Part shown: piece by piece, positions 30,097-39,768 of the stretch
How positions within the stretch are numbered: position 1 is the first letter of the stretch
Layout of the letters: every line of letters begins with the position of its first letter
IMG/VR virus record: IMGVR_UViG_3300030433_001574
Location: 32,001-96,000 of that record
From: a virus
Taxonomy: Duplodnaviria; Caudoviricetes
Strand: one strand, 5' to 3'
Length of the DNA stretch: 64,000 nt
Translations under genes and position numbers: made by a program
Notes under the pieces: model-generated
What the model was told of the DNA's origin: nothing
Database searches by the model: none
What the model saw: the letters and a program-made list of their open reading frames with translations, nothing else

Positions 30097-31406
30097 CTAC
30101 CTGACCTCATTGTAGAGCCACCGCTGGCACGAGCAATCTCTTGTTGAATGGCGTTGCTTATTTGTCTTGCAAACTCACGCTTGTCTGTTCTGTCTGTCAT
30201 GCCTGACGCATTGATGCTAATGTTGAAGGTATTACCTCCACCACCGCCACCGCCGTTAATTTCAACAGGAATAGAACGACCACCTGATAGTGGAACAATT
30301 GCCTCTGTGCCGTGAAGAGTTACAGGATAACCGCTTTCAGGCCCACTGGCTACACCACCCTCAGAGAAGCCAAGAAACCCTCCTATTGCCCCGATACCGT
30401 CGCCAATGAAACCACCAATTGCATCTAAACCATCTAAAAGGGGTTCAAGTAAACCAGCCACATAGTCAATAGCATCACCAATCCAACCAAAAACAGGAGA
30501 TATGACGTTATCCCAAGCCCAAGTAAATCCAGCGACAATGCCATCCCAAGCAAGTTTGAAAGGTGTTAAGAGAATGTTAGCGTATGTTTTGATTCCTTCA
30601 AAGATTGGCTTTAAGAATCTCTCGTAGGCATTTTTCATTCCTAACATGACCAAATCCCAGTTGTTGAGAATAAATTTGATACTGTCGATAAGTGGGCCGA
30701 AGAGAGCCATTACAGGATTGACAATGTAAGAAGTCCATACGTTCTTGGCAGCATCAAATACCTTAAACCAAGCACTGCCAATAGCGCTTAGACCAGCAAG
30801 AAGAGCGTCAATGAGAGGATTGACAACTTTACCTATCGTGCCATTCCATACTTTCTTCATGCCCTCCATGACTCCATCCCAGTCACCTTTGGCAATCGCC
30901 ATACCAACTTTGAATAAATCAATAAACGGTTGAATGATTGGCATGATGACTGAATCCCATATACCACCCATCGCATCCATAACGCCTTCCCAGTCTCCTC
31001 GTATCAGCGCCATACCAGCGTTAAACAAGCCAGTGAAAATGTCGATAAGTGGTTGAACTGTTACGTCCCAAGCAACCTTCAGTAAATCAACTAACAGTTC
31101 CCACGCTATGACTAAACCATCAAATGCTAAACCAAAACTTTCTGTTACCAGTGTCGATATGAGTGTGATGATAGGTTCAGCAACAGCATAAAACGCATCC
31201 CAAATGGGCATGATGTTTTCGTCCCAAAAATCCTTTACACTCTGAAACTTTTCTTTGACAAACGATACAAGCCCACCAAATAGCCCACTGACTACTGAAA
31301 TTGCTCCACCAAAAATGCCACCAAGAGCACCAAAGATACCTGATACAGAAGCAGCACCAGTTGCCAGCCCACCAAGAGCAACGGTTAAGCCAGCCAGTGC
31401 TACCAT
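30093..31406 (-). CDS. Tape measure protein (short, 437 aa)
   Basis: Trp/Phe periodicity of about 11 residues, duplicated GDW(E/D)GVM, C-terminal FSEGG...HGTEAIVPL; follows the chaperone pair. Confidence 0.85.
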   Translation of the reverse strand: MVALAGLTVALGGLATGAASVSGIFGALGGIFGGAISVVSGLFGGLVSFVKEKFQSVKDFWDENIMPIWDAFYAVAEPIITLISTLVTESFGLAFDGLVIAWELLVDLLKVAWDVTVQPLIDIFTGLFNAGMALIRGDWEGVMDAMGGIWDSVIMPIIQPFIDLFKVGMAIAKGDWDGVMEGMKKVWNGTIGKVVNPLIDALLAGLSAIGSAWFKVFDAAKNVWTSYIVNPVMALFGPLIDSIKFILNNWDLVMLGMKNAYERFLKPIFEGIKTYANILLTPFKLAWDGIVAGFTWAWDNVISPVFGWIGDAIDYVAGLLEPLLDGLDAIGGFIGDGIGAIGGFLGFSEGGVASGPESGYPVTLHGTEAIVPLSGGRSIPVEINGGGGGGGNTFNISINASGMTDRTDKREFARQISNAIQQEIARASGGSTMRSGR

Positions 31407-31684
31407 CAGAAGTCCTCCCTATTGAGGAAGTCGTAGTCAAGAGATACTGTTTCTCGACCACCACTCTTTGCGGATTGATTGTTTCGCTTGTTGGCTTTTT
31501 CTTCTTCTCTACGAGCAACCATCGCCCATGTAAAGGACTGATAGAATTGCTGTGGAGTCATCTCTTGCACCTCTTTAATCGAAACTGAATAATGTTTTGC
31601 TACAATATAGGCTTGCATTTCAAGTGAGAGTTCTAAATCGGCAGGGTTTGCTATCGTGTTGCGACGAAGAAAATCTTCAATCAC
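31406..31684 (-). CDS. Tail assembly chaperone, gpT-like (likely C-terminal part of a frameshift product)
   Basis: Y.VAK.Y..SI.EV.EMTP.QF pattern; lies in the -1 frame relative to the upstream gene, just before the TMP. Confidence 0.65.
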   Translation of the reverse strand: MIEDFLRRNTIANPADLELSLEMQAYIVAKHYSVSIKEVQEMTPQQFYQSFTWAMVARREEEKANKRNNQSAKSGGRETVSLDYDFLNREDF

Positions 31685-32058
31685 ACGTTCCCGCCTTTCG
31701 TAAACCCCCCTGACATCATCTCACCAAGTTCGTTAGGACTCGGTAGAAGTGCCGAGATTTGTTCACCAATGTGGCCTTTGAGTTTCATCAAGTCATCACT
31801 TGACATAACTGGATTGGTTCGCACGACCCAGTTTGTAAAAGCATACTTGTAATACCCTTCAAGATTGAGAGACATCTGACCGTCTTTACCAATGTTGAAC
31901 ATCTCTTGTGCGGCTTTCTGAATATCAAAGAAAGAGACATCACGCACCCAAACCTCCATGATGACGTTGGGGTCATCGGGGTCTACGCTAATCTCGTGCT
32001 TCTGTTCATCATGCCGTCTCATCAAGAGGTTCTTGTTCGCTACTATTGTTTTCGTCAT
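31681..32058 (-). CDS. Tail assembly chaperone, gpG-like
   Basis: Between tube and TMP; GGTGA SD before ATG 32058; G6 run near the 3' end. Confidence 0.7.
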   Translation of the reverse strand: MTKTIVANKNLLMRRHDEQKHEISVDPDDPNVIMEVWVRDVSFFDIQKAAQEMFNIGKDGQMSLNLEGYYKYAFTNWVVRTNPVMSSDDLMKLKGHIGEQISALLPSPNELGEMMSGGFTKGGNV

Positions 32059-32554
32059 TTGTCTCACCATTGGTCACAGCCGCTTCTTCAGCGGGGGTGT
32101 CCGACTCTACATCAGCAGCCGATTCTTCGGGGGCTTCAGTCTCAGTCGTGGACTCGGATATGCCTTCATCGTCACGCTTCAAGCGTAGAGCGATTTCAGC
32201 CTTTGTGCCGTAGACAGGTAGTCCACGGTCTTTGCATAGTGCCTGAAGTTCTTTGACGGTCATAGCGTCATACGTCAGTTCTGTTGGAAAATCTTCGCTG
32301 TCACCAATGTCTTCAGGAGCAGCCAAATCTGATGTTGCTTCATATACTGTTTCTGTTACCTCATCAGCGACCTCTTCCTCGACCACTGTAGGCAAAAGCG
32401 CAGCAACAGCGTCTTCGATAAGCCCCAGTGTGCGCTTTTTACCAGCAGCAATAATGTCGCCTTCGGTCACGCCAATTTGAGAAGCATACCAAAGAGCATA
32501 CTCTTCATGAGAAAGTTCGCCGTATTTTTTTGCTCGTAGTGCGGGTGTTAGCAT
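32009..32554 (-). CDS. Acidic SAP-domain protein
   Basis: YDAMTVKELQALCKDRGLPVYGTKAEIALRL is a SAP consensus; start re-called to ATG 32554 (GAGGTGA SD). Confidence 0.8.
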   Translation of the reverse strand: MLTPALRAKKYGELSHEEYALWYASQIGVTEGDIIAAGKKRTLGLIEDAVAALLPTVVEEEVADEVTETVYEATSDLAAPEDIGDSEDFPTELTYDAMTVKELQALCKDRGLPVYGTKAEIALRLKRDDEGISESTTETEAPEESAADVESDTPAEEAAVTNGETNDENNSSEQEPLDETA

Positions 32555-32564
32555 ATTGGTCACC

Positions 32565-34574
32565 TCAAGAATGCAGCATGGTGTCTCGTGAGACGACACG
32601 CAAAGCCTTTGGTTGAATCTTCAGGGCTGATTTGATAACGCCCTTGTCTTCGGGAACTGGGAGTGGTGCTTCTGTAATGTAAAAGTCATCCAATATGATG
32701 TCAAGTTGCTCACGAGGCGTGTCTGAACCGGGCTTTGTGAATGACAAACGAATGAGGTTACCATCTTGAGATGGGTGGTCTACAGCACGTCGAACCTTGT
32801 GATACATCACAGGGTCATCAACAATGATTTCACAGTCCATACTATACTCAGTTTTACCCTCTATGGCAAGAGAAGCGTTACGAGAGCCACCAAACGGCAC
32901 TTGGTCAGTAGCACTATCGCTTGTAGCAGCACCGTTAATGGTGTAGAATTGTTGCACACCAGTGTTACCAGTGACCGTAAACGAAACAACTTGACCTACG
33001 TTTACTCCAGCGATAACAACTGTTCCGTTGTAGAACATGAAAGGCTTCTGTGTGCCTATTTCAATACCAGCCTCTTTTCGTGTAACAGCATCCTTTGCTG
33101 TTTCTTCAAACATACGATGCGTCTTGTATCGGTCACCTTTCGTGCCACTTGAATAGTTGGCTACAGCACTGGTTTCAAGACGACCAGTATCTGTGTAGCA
33201 GTGGGCTGAATCAAAGTTTACGCTCAATCGTAGAGCAGCGTCGGTATCAGCAGTCATAGAGAAGTCCTTGACTTTGCATCCCTTAAACACACGAGTAAGT
33301 TGCTTAGGGTCTGTTGCTCCACCGTCTGTAACATCAGCCTCAGCGCCTTCAACATCACGACGACGAATACTGACTTCCATAGCAAACGATGGTAGAGAGT
33401 CACGAGAGTAAAGCAATCGACTGATAGGGTAGGTAAGAGCGCCTGTTGATGCACGATGAGGACTGCCTGTGTAGGTTGCTCCTCCTCCGTCTCCTTGATA
33501 GCGAATGATACGCACTTTAGCAGTTGCTTCGTGAGAATAACAAAGACCGTCATCAAGGAAAATACTGTTACCACTGATAGCGGCAATTCTACGAATCTCA
33601 TTCTTTTGAGTGGTGTCGAAAAAGTCATCGCCTTCGATGTTCACTGCTCCGAAGGCACTACCAGTTGCAGTTGTGCCTTCACGATGCGTTACAATGTCCT
33701 CTACCTCTGTGTCGATGATAAGAATGTAATCACCAGCAGCAGCAGCGTCAGCACCACCAAGAGGATTTGCAGCATCGGTAAACTCAAGTGCTCCGCTTAC
33801 CGTAATGAGCGATTGACCCTTTTCAACAGCAGCGCCCAGTGTGCGAGTATTGGACATAAGTGCGTCGTATAGAGTTTCAGCAGCACCATTCGCTCTGAAT
33901 GACACAGACTCCATACCCAAGCAGTAATACAACCATCGTGGATTGTGTAGATTGACTTCAAATGACCCACCTTCATTCAAGAAACGACCCGGCACTTGTA
34001 TGGCCGTGTCACGACCAAGACCAACGATATGGTATCGCTTGAGGTCTACCTTTGTTTCAGGTAGTGTCACAGCGGCAGCAAGACCGAGGAACTGGTCAGT
34101 AAGCACACGCTCGCTACTGGAGGCCGCCGTGATGTTCCATCCAGCCATGTTTGCATCAAAAGTCGGTGCGCCAAAAGAGTTGATGATGAGTATGTCATTT
34201 GTGCTTGAACTGACGATTCCTGTTTTCAAAGCAGGGGTAACAGTCAGTTGAGTTCCGTTGGAACTGTGGTTTTTGTGCTCCAAAATAGTGTAAGTGCGAC
34301 CAGTATTATGAGAATCATCGGCTTGAAAGTTTGTAATACCGACAATTGAAATCTTGCACCCAACAAGCATACCGACTGGGTATCGCAAGAGTCCTGATTC
34401 ACAAGGCAACGAAGAAGCACCGCCTTGAAACCCGATAACACTGGTATTTGCGTTGCTATCTGTAGACACATGCTTGAATAAAAATGACCCAGCAAAGTTG
34501 TGTTTCAATTCTAACGCTGTCTCGTGACCGAATGAAACTTCGGTTAAATCTCCTTTGTATACTGTCGATGGCAT
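32565..34574 (-). CDS. Major tail tube protein with inserted domains
   Basis: N-terminal FG.ET; C-terminal FKGCKV..F.M, PFMF..G, and L.F.. strands typical of tube proteins; lies between terminator and chaperones. Confidence 0.7.
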   Translation of the reverse strand: MPSTVYKGDLTEVSFGHETALELKHNFAGSFLFKHVSTDSNANTSVIGFQGGASSLPCESGLLRYPVGMLVGCKISIVGITNFQADDSHNTGRTYTILEHKNHSSNGTQLTVTPALKTGIVSSSTNDILIINSFGAPTFDANMAGWNITAASSSERVLTDQFLGLAAAVTLPETKVDLKRYHIVGLGRDTAIQVPGRFLNEGGSFEVNLHNPRWLYYCLGMESVSFRANGAAETLYDALMSNTRTLGAAVEKGQSLITVSGALEFTDAANPLGGADAAAAGDYILIIDTEVEDIVTHREGTTATGSAFGAVNIEGDDFFDTTQKNEIRRIAAISGNSIFLDDGLCYSHEATAKVRIIRYQGDGGGATYTGSPHRASTGALTYPISRLLYSRDSLPSFAMEVSIRRRDVEGAEADVTDGGATDPKQLTRVFKGCKVKDFSMTADTDAALRLSVNFDSAHCYTDTGRLETSAVANYSSGTKGDRYKTHRMFEETAKDAVTRKEAGIEIGTQKPFMFYNGTVVIAGVNVGQVVSFTVTGNTGVQQFYTINGAATSDSATDQVPFGGSRNASLAIEGKTEYSMDCEIIVDDPVMYHKVRRAVDHPSQDGNLIRLSFTKPGSDTPREQLDIILDDFYITEAPLPVPEDKGVIKSALKIQPKALRVVSRDTMLHS

Positions 34575-34585
34575 GGCGGCTCAAC

Positions 34586-35032
34586 TCAAGGCACTAACTC
34601 CGCAAAGATAACTACTTCTATCTGAAAGGTCATTCGGAATAAAACCTTCGACCTATCAGATAAGTCGGTTCGGGTCTTGTAAACCATGCGGTCAAAGTTT
34701 ACACCGTCCCCTTTTCTTACTGCGTGAATCAATCTTCGTATCTCGTTTTCCATCAATTGTAGATGCTTACGTCCTTTCGCTGTGCGAGCATCAACAGTGA
34801 TGTTGAGACGAGTGGTGACAAAATCATAGAGCAGTTCAGGTGCTTCTTCGTTGTGCGCCGTTTCGTAGCACAGAACGTAATCGTGACGTGACAAATCAAT
34901 TCTCTTACCACGCTCAGCACCAAGCGTAGCAATATCGGCTATGATTGGCTTGATGTTACCAGTGTTAGCACGATTCCAGTCATTCAACGTATTGATGACC
35001 ATATCAAGGGATTCAGTAAACGTAGCAACCAT
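34586..35032 (-). CDS. Tail terminator/completion protein
   Basis: Size, position directly before the tube gene and alpha/beta pattern (ITVDART...EIRRLI). Confidence 0.55.
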   Translation of the reverse strand: MVATFTESLDMVINTLNDWNRANTGNIKPIIADIATLGAERGKRIDLSRHDYVLCYETAHNEEAPELLYDFVTTRLNITVDARTAKGRKHLQLMENEIRRLIHAVRKGDGVNFDRMVYKTRTDLSDRSKVLFRMTFQIEVVIFAELVP

Positions 35033-35036
35033 GTTA

Positions 35037-35375
35037 TCACTCCGCCTTTACCTTCATGTAGGCTGCTTTGTCAGGAAGTAGCATACCGCCTTTGAATACC
35101 AACTTTTGCTCAATCAACATCGGTGACTCACGAAGCATACGCTTGTCAGCCCTTTCTAAAGCAGCATCGACCTCGTTTTGAGGCGCTGGCTGGCTACCTT
35201 TCTTGTAGCCTTCATCGGTTTTTCTGATACTGCTCATGCCTAATTCTTGAGCCTCTACCTTTTCTCTGTATGCTTGAGGTCGTTGCGTGATGAGAGCACG
35301 CAACTCTTTCTGATACTTTGCAGTGGACATCTCTTCTGTTAGCAAATCCAAAAACTCTTTTTGCTCCCTCGACAT
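35037..35375 (-). CDS. Hypothetical neck-region protein
   Basis: Packed ORF; start re-called to ATG 35375. Confidence 0.6.
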   Translation of the reverse strand: MSREQKEFLDLLTEEMSTAKYQKELRALITQRPQAYREKVEAQELGMSSIRKTDEGYKKGSQPAPQNEVDAALERADKRMLRESPMLIEQKLVFKGGMLLPDKAAYMKVKAE

Positions 35376-35379
35376 GTTA

Positions 35380-36942
35380 TCACTCAAACACAACAATTTC
35401 AACATAACGTGCCAAGATACTGTCTACTTCAGCCCGTAGCAACTGAATCTTTGCAGTCAAATCGACGTTCTGAGTGCCTTCAGGAATCAAGACACTTCGG
35501 TCATCTGACATCAGAACGTCAATGGCTACCATTTTTGTAGCAGCCTCTTCAATGGCTTTCTCCAAGTATCGCTCACCATAGATGTAAGAACACTTGATAG
35601 CATTCCATTCAAAGAAAGGATAGGAGTTGTTGAAGTAGATAATACCCATCTCATAGTCAGCCCACCAGTCTCTTAGACGGGCGTTATCACCTTGACTTGA
35701 GCCACCTTGCAAGTCGATGGTAAAGGTGTCTTGACTAATCTGACCATTAAGGTCTGAAAGAGCGCTTCCTCTGACAACAACGCAGTTGGTAAAAGATGTA
35801 GCAGTCTTTGCGCTGTAGCGGAAAACAGTGTCGCCTTTTACGCAAACGCCAGCATGAGCAAAGGAACTTGTGTCGTCTACATTGACGGTAGTAGATACAA
35901 CGCTCGTAATGGTTGCTGTGTGATTGGTGGTTTGCTTGAGTTGGATGTTGCTATCAGTGGTAACAATAGAGCACGTCTCACCACCTTTACCAGCACGCAT
36001 ACTGGTGACTTTGACAATGCCAGTCCCATAATCAGCGTTTGCTGTAGCAAGGAACTCGTTATCGACATTGATGTTGCTTGAAGAACCCTCCAGTTGATAT
36101 GGTGGTGCAAACGCAACCGCTGCTTTGCTTACTCTGTCTTCTTTGTTGATGAGGTCAGCAAGGTTTTGTGCGCTGGTAGCAGGGTCAAAGTCAGCACGCC
36201 ATTGAGTGTTACCCGTTCCAATCTCCAGTTCAGCGGCAGAGCCGTTACCTGATGATACTACAATAGCACCTGATAGCGCTCTTACGTCATCAGGGATATG
36301 AATACGAGCCTCAGCACTGCATATCTCTCGATAGTCGTCACCCTGCCACAGTTCAAGACGAAGGATTTGTTGGACGTTTCTAAACAAAAGTGGTGCAGTT
36401 CCAACATAATCTGTGTAGTATCGTCGTCGGTATGGCTTGTATGTGTCGAAGTTGATGTATTCAGCACTTACAAGATAGGGTCGCCAAGCGTTGTGTGTGA
36501 GGTTGTCAATCTTGTCCTGTGCTTCTTTGATACGAGCCTCTACGACTGACTTCTTCATACCACGAGTTTTACCGTTGGTAAACGATGCTGTGTTTTGAAC
36601 ATAGGTGTTGTCAGCCGCTTGATAATCAGAGGCAGTGATTGTGTCAGAGAAGTTGAGTTGAACACCACTTGCGCTTGTGCCTATTGTTGTAATGACTCTC
36701 TCAATACCAAGTGGGTCAGCATCTGAGTAGATAAGAATGGTATCACCAGCCTCAAAGCCAATGGTTCTGTAATCAGCGCCAGTAACAAAAACGGCAGTAG
36801 TAGTGCTGTCAGCACTGACTAAAACGGCTTCCTGTGGGCCTATTGAGAGAAAATCAGCGACCTTCTGTGCAGTAGTATAGACAATAGCCGAAGGGTCAAG
36901 TGGTCGTGTTTCAGCCTCACCGGGATTAAACACTATTGGCAT
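35380..36942 (-). CDS. Head-tail adaptor (connector) with large insertions
   Basis: N-terminal YTTAQKV..FL, I.EAQ..ID..T...W and C-terminal Y.YG.....I.EA..KMVA adaptor motifs. Confidence 0.7.
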   Translation of the reverse strand: MPIVFNPGEAETRPLDPSAIVYTTAQKVADFLSIGPQEAVLVSADSTTTAVFVTGADYRTIGFEAGDTILIYSDADPLGIERVITTIGTSASGVQLNFSDTITASDYQAADNTYVQNTASFTNGKTRGMKKSVVEARIKEAQDKIDNLTHNAWRPYLVSAEYINFDTYKPYRRRYYTDYVGTAPLLFRNVQQILRLELWQGDDYREICSAEARIHIPDDVRALSGAIVVSSGNGSAAELEIGTGNTQWRADFDPATSAQNLADLINKEDRVSKAAVAFAPPYQLEGSSSNINVDNEFLATANADYGTGIVKVTSMRAGKGGETCSIVTTDSNIQLKQTTNHTATITSVVSTTVNVDDTSSFAHAGVCVKGDTVFRYSAKTATSFTNCVVVRGSALSDLNGQISQDTFTIDLQGGSSQGDNARLRDWWADYEMGIIYFNNSYPFFEWNAIKCSYIYGERYLEKAIEEAATKMVAIDVLMSDDRSVLIPEGTQNVDLTAKIQLLRAEVDSILARYVEIVVFE

Positions 36943-37046
36943 TTTTTATCCCCCGTTACAAAGCACTTCTTGGTTTTCTCTTCAGCCTCATCGACTTCTT
37001 TCGACTTAGCATCAAACCATTCATCAAGGAGTTTACAACGGGTCAT
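36933..37046 (-). CDS. 37-aa hypothetical protein (absent from ORF track)
   Basis: MTRCKLLDEWFDAKSKEVDEAEEKTKKCFVTGDKKCQ; ATGA overlap and GAGGAGG SD. Confidence 0.55.
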   Translation of the reverse strand: MTRCKLLDEWFDAKSKEVDEAEEKTKKCFVTGDKKCQ

Positions 37047-37342
37047 GCTCTTGCCTCCTCATCAATAGAAGCAAGATTGTATTCCATAGGCTTGTTACAA
37101 GCACCGCATGTTTCTCGCCATAGGAAGTGAAGCATACCACAGTGTTGGCATCGAGTGCCTGAGCCAATGTTGAGAACGTCGCTGGCCTCAAGGTTACGCT
37201 TACGTTGTTGCGAAGTAATGCCCCTCAGTGGGTTCTCTTCGTCAATGACCTTACCAAGAAGTGTCTGAGCGTCAGAACGAATGCCTTGTTTCTGTAAACG
37301 CTCGATGTCAGAAAGGTCAATCTCTTGTTCCTTCAACGACAT
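37043..37342 (-). CDS. Zinc-ribbon protein
   Basis: RCQHCG...TCGAC; GAGGAG SD. Confidence 0.7.
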   Translation of the reverse strand: MSLKEQEIDLSDIERLQKQGIRSDAQTLLGKVIDEENPLRGITSQQRKRNLEASDVLNIGSGTRCQHCGMLHFLWRETCGACNKPMEYNLASIDEEARA

Positions 37343-37357
37343 ACATACTCCTCACGC

Positions 37358-37531
37358 TCAACTGGTAGTGACAAATATGTAAATGTTACCAAGAACAAGA
37401 TGGGGGTCACACGATACACAAGTGTTAGAACCGATAGCAGTGCTAATTGCAGTCGCTATAGCAGTTCTTTCTGTATCGTCTTGAAAATCCTTTGGTGGAA
37501 AAGGCCCAAGAATTGATACTGACTTTGCCAT
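37358..37531 (-). CDS. 57-aa hypothetical protein (absent from ORF track)
   Basis: MAKSVSILGPFPPKDF...NIYIFVTTS; GAGGTGA SD; fills the gap between neighbours. Confidence 0.65.
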   Translation of the reverse strand: MAKSVSILGPFPPKDFQDDTERTAIATAISTAIGSNTCVSCDPHLVLGNIYIFVTTS

Positions 37532-37542
37532 TTGCCGTCACC

Positions 37543-37773
37543 TCAAGAGCGACGACCCATAGCAACAAAAGTGCAAGCCGCACCAACATTGAGTGTAGCC
37601 CCGTTGATTCCCGATGTTGGGGCTGGAGCCGCACTACCGATATTGTTCACCATCGCACCGTCAATAGATGCTAAAAGGCTACTCAAGTCAATCGCTTCAG
37701 CACCATCGGTGCTACCTGTTACAATCATTCGGTCACCAAAGTAGGTTGGTCGTGGGTCAATAGTTACTGCCAT
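37543..37773 (-). CDS. Small putative virion protein
   Basis: G/A/T-rich ORF downstream of the MCP with GGAGATG SD. Confidence 0.6.
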   Translation of the reverse strand: MAVTIDPRPTYFGDRMIVTGSTDGAEAIDLSSLLASIDGAMVNNIGSAAPAPTSGINGATLNVGAACTFVAMGRRS

Positions 37774-37775
37774 AT

Positions 37776-38150
37776 TTATTCATCTCCTGTTGTTTCTTCT
37801 TCAGCACTCTCTTCAATCAGTGCCTCTGTCTCTTGAACGCCGTCAGGACTCATAACAGTCTCAACGAGTTCAAGTAGAGTAGTTTTTGTTGCATAGCCCT
37901 TTGGCTTGATGTCATACTTAGCGAGCCATTCTACGATGTCGCCACGCTTCCAACCAGCATCAGGGATGTCGTCGTTTCCTTCATCAACTGATTCATAGCC
38001 TTTGATAATGAAATCATCGCTAAGACGATGACCCCACTTGTCAAGCCATGCTGTCGTGACTTCAAGGGGAACGCCCTTTTTGAAATCAGGATAGTTGCCG
38101 TCAATGTTCCTTACAGACCAAGAACGACCCATGTAGGTTACCGTAGGCAA
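37776..38150 (-). CDS. Protein with a HeH/LEM-like domain
   Basis: W.RGDI.EWL..Y.I......TK..LLELV helix-extension-helix; TTG start with GAGG SD. Confidence 0.6.
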   Translation of the reverse strand: MPTVTYMGRSWSVRNIDGNYPDFKKGVPLEVTTAWLDKWGHRLSDDFIIKGYESVDEGNDDIPDAGWKRGDIVEWLAKYDIKPKGYATKTTLLELVETVMSPDGVQETEALIEESAEEETTGDE

Positions 38151-38161
38151 GTTACCTCACC

Positions 38162-38557
38162 TCAAGAGTAAAACACGAGTAATTGTCCACTGGTCACTGC
38201 GCCTGTTGCTTCAAAGGTAACGGTCTTACCGCTAAAGGAAAGTCCAGCGGTTTGACCGTTGTTTGCTGTGAAGGTTGTAAGAAATGCACCTGTGATTGCA
38301 CTAATGCCTCCACCAAGTTCCACTGTGTTGGAATCAGCGATATTTGCACAAGTGATAATTGCCATCTTTGGTGCTGGTGTGTAACCGTTTGTTGCGTCAG
38401 TCTGTAGCGCATTGAATGAGTCAATGTTACCGGGATAAGTTCCACCACGAGCCAAGTAATCAGTCGTGTCGTGCGACCCTGCTCGTAGTTCCCATGCCCC
38501 TGTAACTGCTGCTGTTAGTGAGCCACCTGCTGCTGTTGCTGTCAATTGTTCTGCCAT
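38162..38557 (-). CDS. Putative capsid decoration/minor head protein
   Basis: Directly after the MCP; A/T/G-rich beta protein with a strong leader. Confidence 0.55.
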   Translation of the reverse strand: MAEQLTATAAGGSLTAAVTGAWELRAGSHDTTDYLARGGTYPGNIDSFNALQTDATNGYTPAPKMAIITCANIADSNTVELGGGISAITGAFLTTFTANNGQTAGLSFSGKTVTFEATGAVTSGQLLVFYS

Positions 38558-38592
38558 TTTTCATCATCTCCATATTTTTGTGTTTTGTGTCC

Positions 38593-39768
38593 TCACTTCA
38601 AGTCACGAATGCTTGCTTGTGCTCCAAAGAAAGTTGTCCAAATCTCACCCATTGTTCGGTAAAGTCCTTCTTGACCGAGGCGGTTGATTGCGAATGGGTC
38701 ACCAGTTTCGATACCTGACTCAAAGTATTGAGTAGGGATTGCTGTGCTGAAATACATGTAGTCAGTGTCCAAGAGATACATACGGCTTAGTCCGTCTGTC
38801 TTTACAACGTCCTTAGAAGGAATGATTGGGACACCGTTGTAGGTTGCGACAATGAAACCTGCTTCGATACCCGGAACACCCTTTACACCGTTGTAGGTAG
38901 GGGTGACACGCTTCTCTTCCATGAAACGCTGTTGCGCTTGGAGGAGTTGTTGTAGACGCATCAAAGTGTCATATCCAGTTAGGATGACCTTCGGGTTACC
39001 ACCACGTTCCCAAACTTGTTGGAATGTGGTGTCGAGGTGGTCGAGTGAAAGAACACGCTTGTTACCAGCAGTGGTATCAGCAGCGCAGTTTACTTCAGCA
39101 CTTGACCAAGTGTTGGTTCGTCGGTCAATACTGTAGATGTCAAGGTCACCGTCGTCAGCGTGGTTGTTACCTGATGTGGTTTTCAAGGTCGTTGCTGAAC
39201 CTGAACCGTCAGCGGCTTCAGCAGCGGTGATACGGTCAAGAGACTCAAAGTTGTTACCTGCTGTTGTAGAACAGTCAGTCAAGAGCATCTTGTTTACCAT
39301 CTCAGCGTGGTGCTTACCCATCTCTTCCTTGAGAACTGAGCGCATGTCACCAAGACCGTCATCCTTGTCAGCAAGGAAGACAGCGACTTCGCTTACATCG
39401 AATGAGTGAGCGATGGTCTTTGGCTTTGCAGCAACGTGCTGGAAGACTGGCTTAACAGTCTCAGGTAGTGTGCCGTTCTCAGCGATACCGCCGTGAACTG
39501 TGCCTGAGTTTGGCTTGTCAGTGATGACTCGCCATCCACTTCGCTCCCACGGCTTCTTTGGTAGAATCGAGAATGCGTTGAACTCTTGGTTGAGTTGTGA
39601 CCAAACCTTGCGACCATAGATTGCTTGGTATGTTCCAGCGGTGGTGCTTAGCATTGGTGAGTCGGCTTTGAGAAGTTCGCTACCAGTGTATGTGTAACCC
39701 ATTGAGTTACCTGCTCCGTAGTAGTATCGCTCCATATCTGTTACTGTCCTTACATAGTTTCGTGCCAT
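38593..39768 (-). CDS. Major capsid protein (HK97 fold)
   Basis: Follows the protease-scaffold; E-loop GGIAENG, spine helix EMGKHHAEMVNKML, P-domain YNGVPII; start may be 39777. Confidence 0.9.
   Translation of the reverse strand: MARNYVRTVTDMERYYYGAGNSMGYTYTGSELLKADSPMLSTTAGTYQAIYGRKVWSQLNQEFNAFSILPKKPWERSGWRVITDKPNSGTVHGGIAENGTLPETVKPVFQHVAAKPKTIAHSFDVSEVAVFLADKDDGLGDMRSVLKEEMGKHHAEMVNKMLLTDCSTTAGNNFESLDRITAAEAADGSGSATTLKTTSGNNHADDGDLDIYSIDRRTNTWSSAEVNCAADTTAGNKRVLSLDHLDTTFQQVWERGGNPKVILTGYDTLMRLQQLLQAQQRFMEEKRVTPTYNGVKGVPGIEAGFIVATYNGVPIIPSKDVVKTDGLSRMYLLDTDYMYFSTAIPTQYFESGIETGDPFAINRLGQEGLYRTMGEIWTTFFGAQASIRDLK

Noticed and set aside
31177-31518. 113-aa ORF overlapping the TMP start as a further frameshift product
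   Set aside because: The TMP has its own GGAGG SD and TGATG-coupled start; the ORF's Trp/Cys-rich translation is typical of an off-frame read of Gly/Ala codons
32565-34574. Contractile tail sheath (based on its 669-aa size)
   Set aside because: No sheath motifs were recognised and no separate tube gene follows; the C-terminal part looks tube-like
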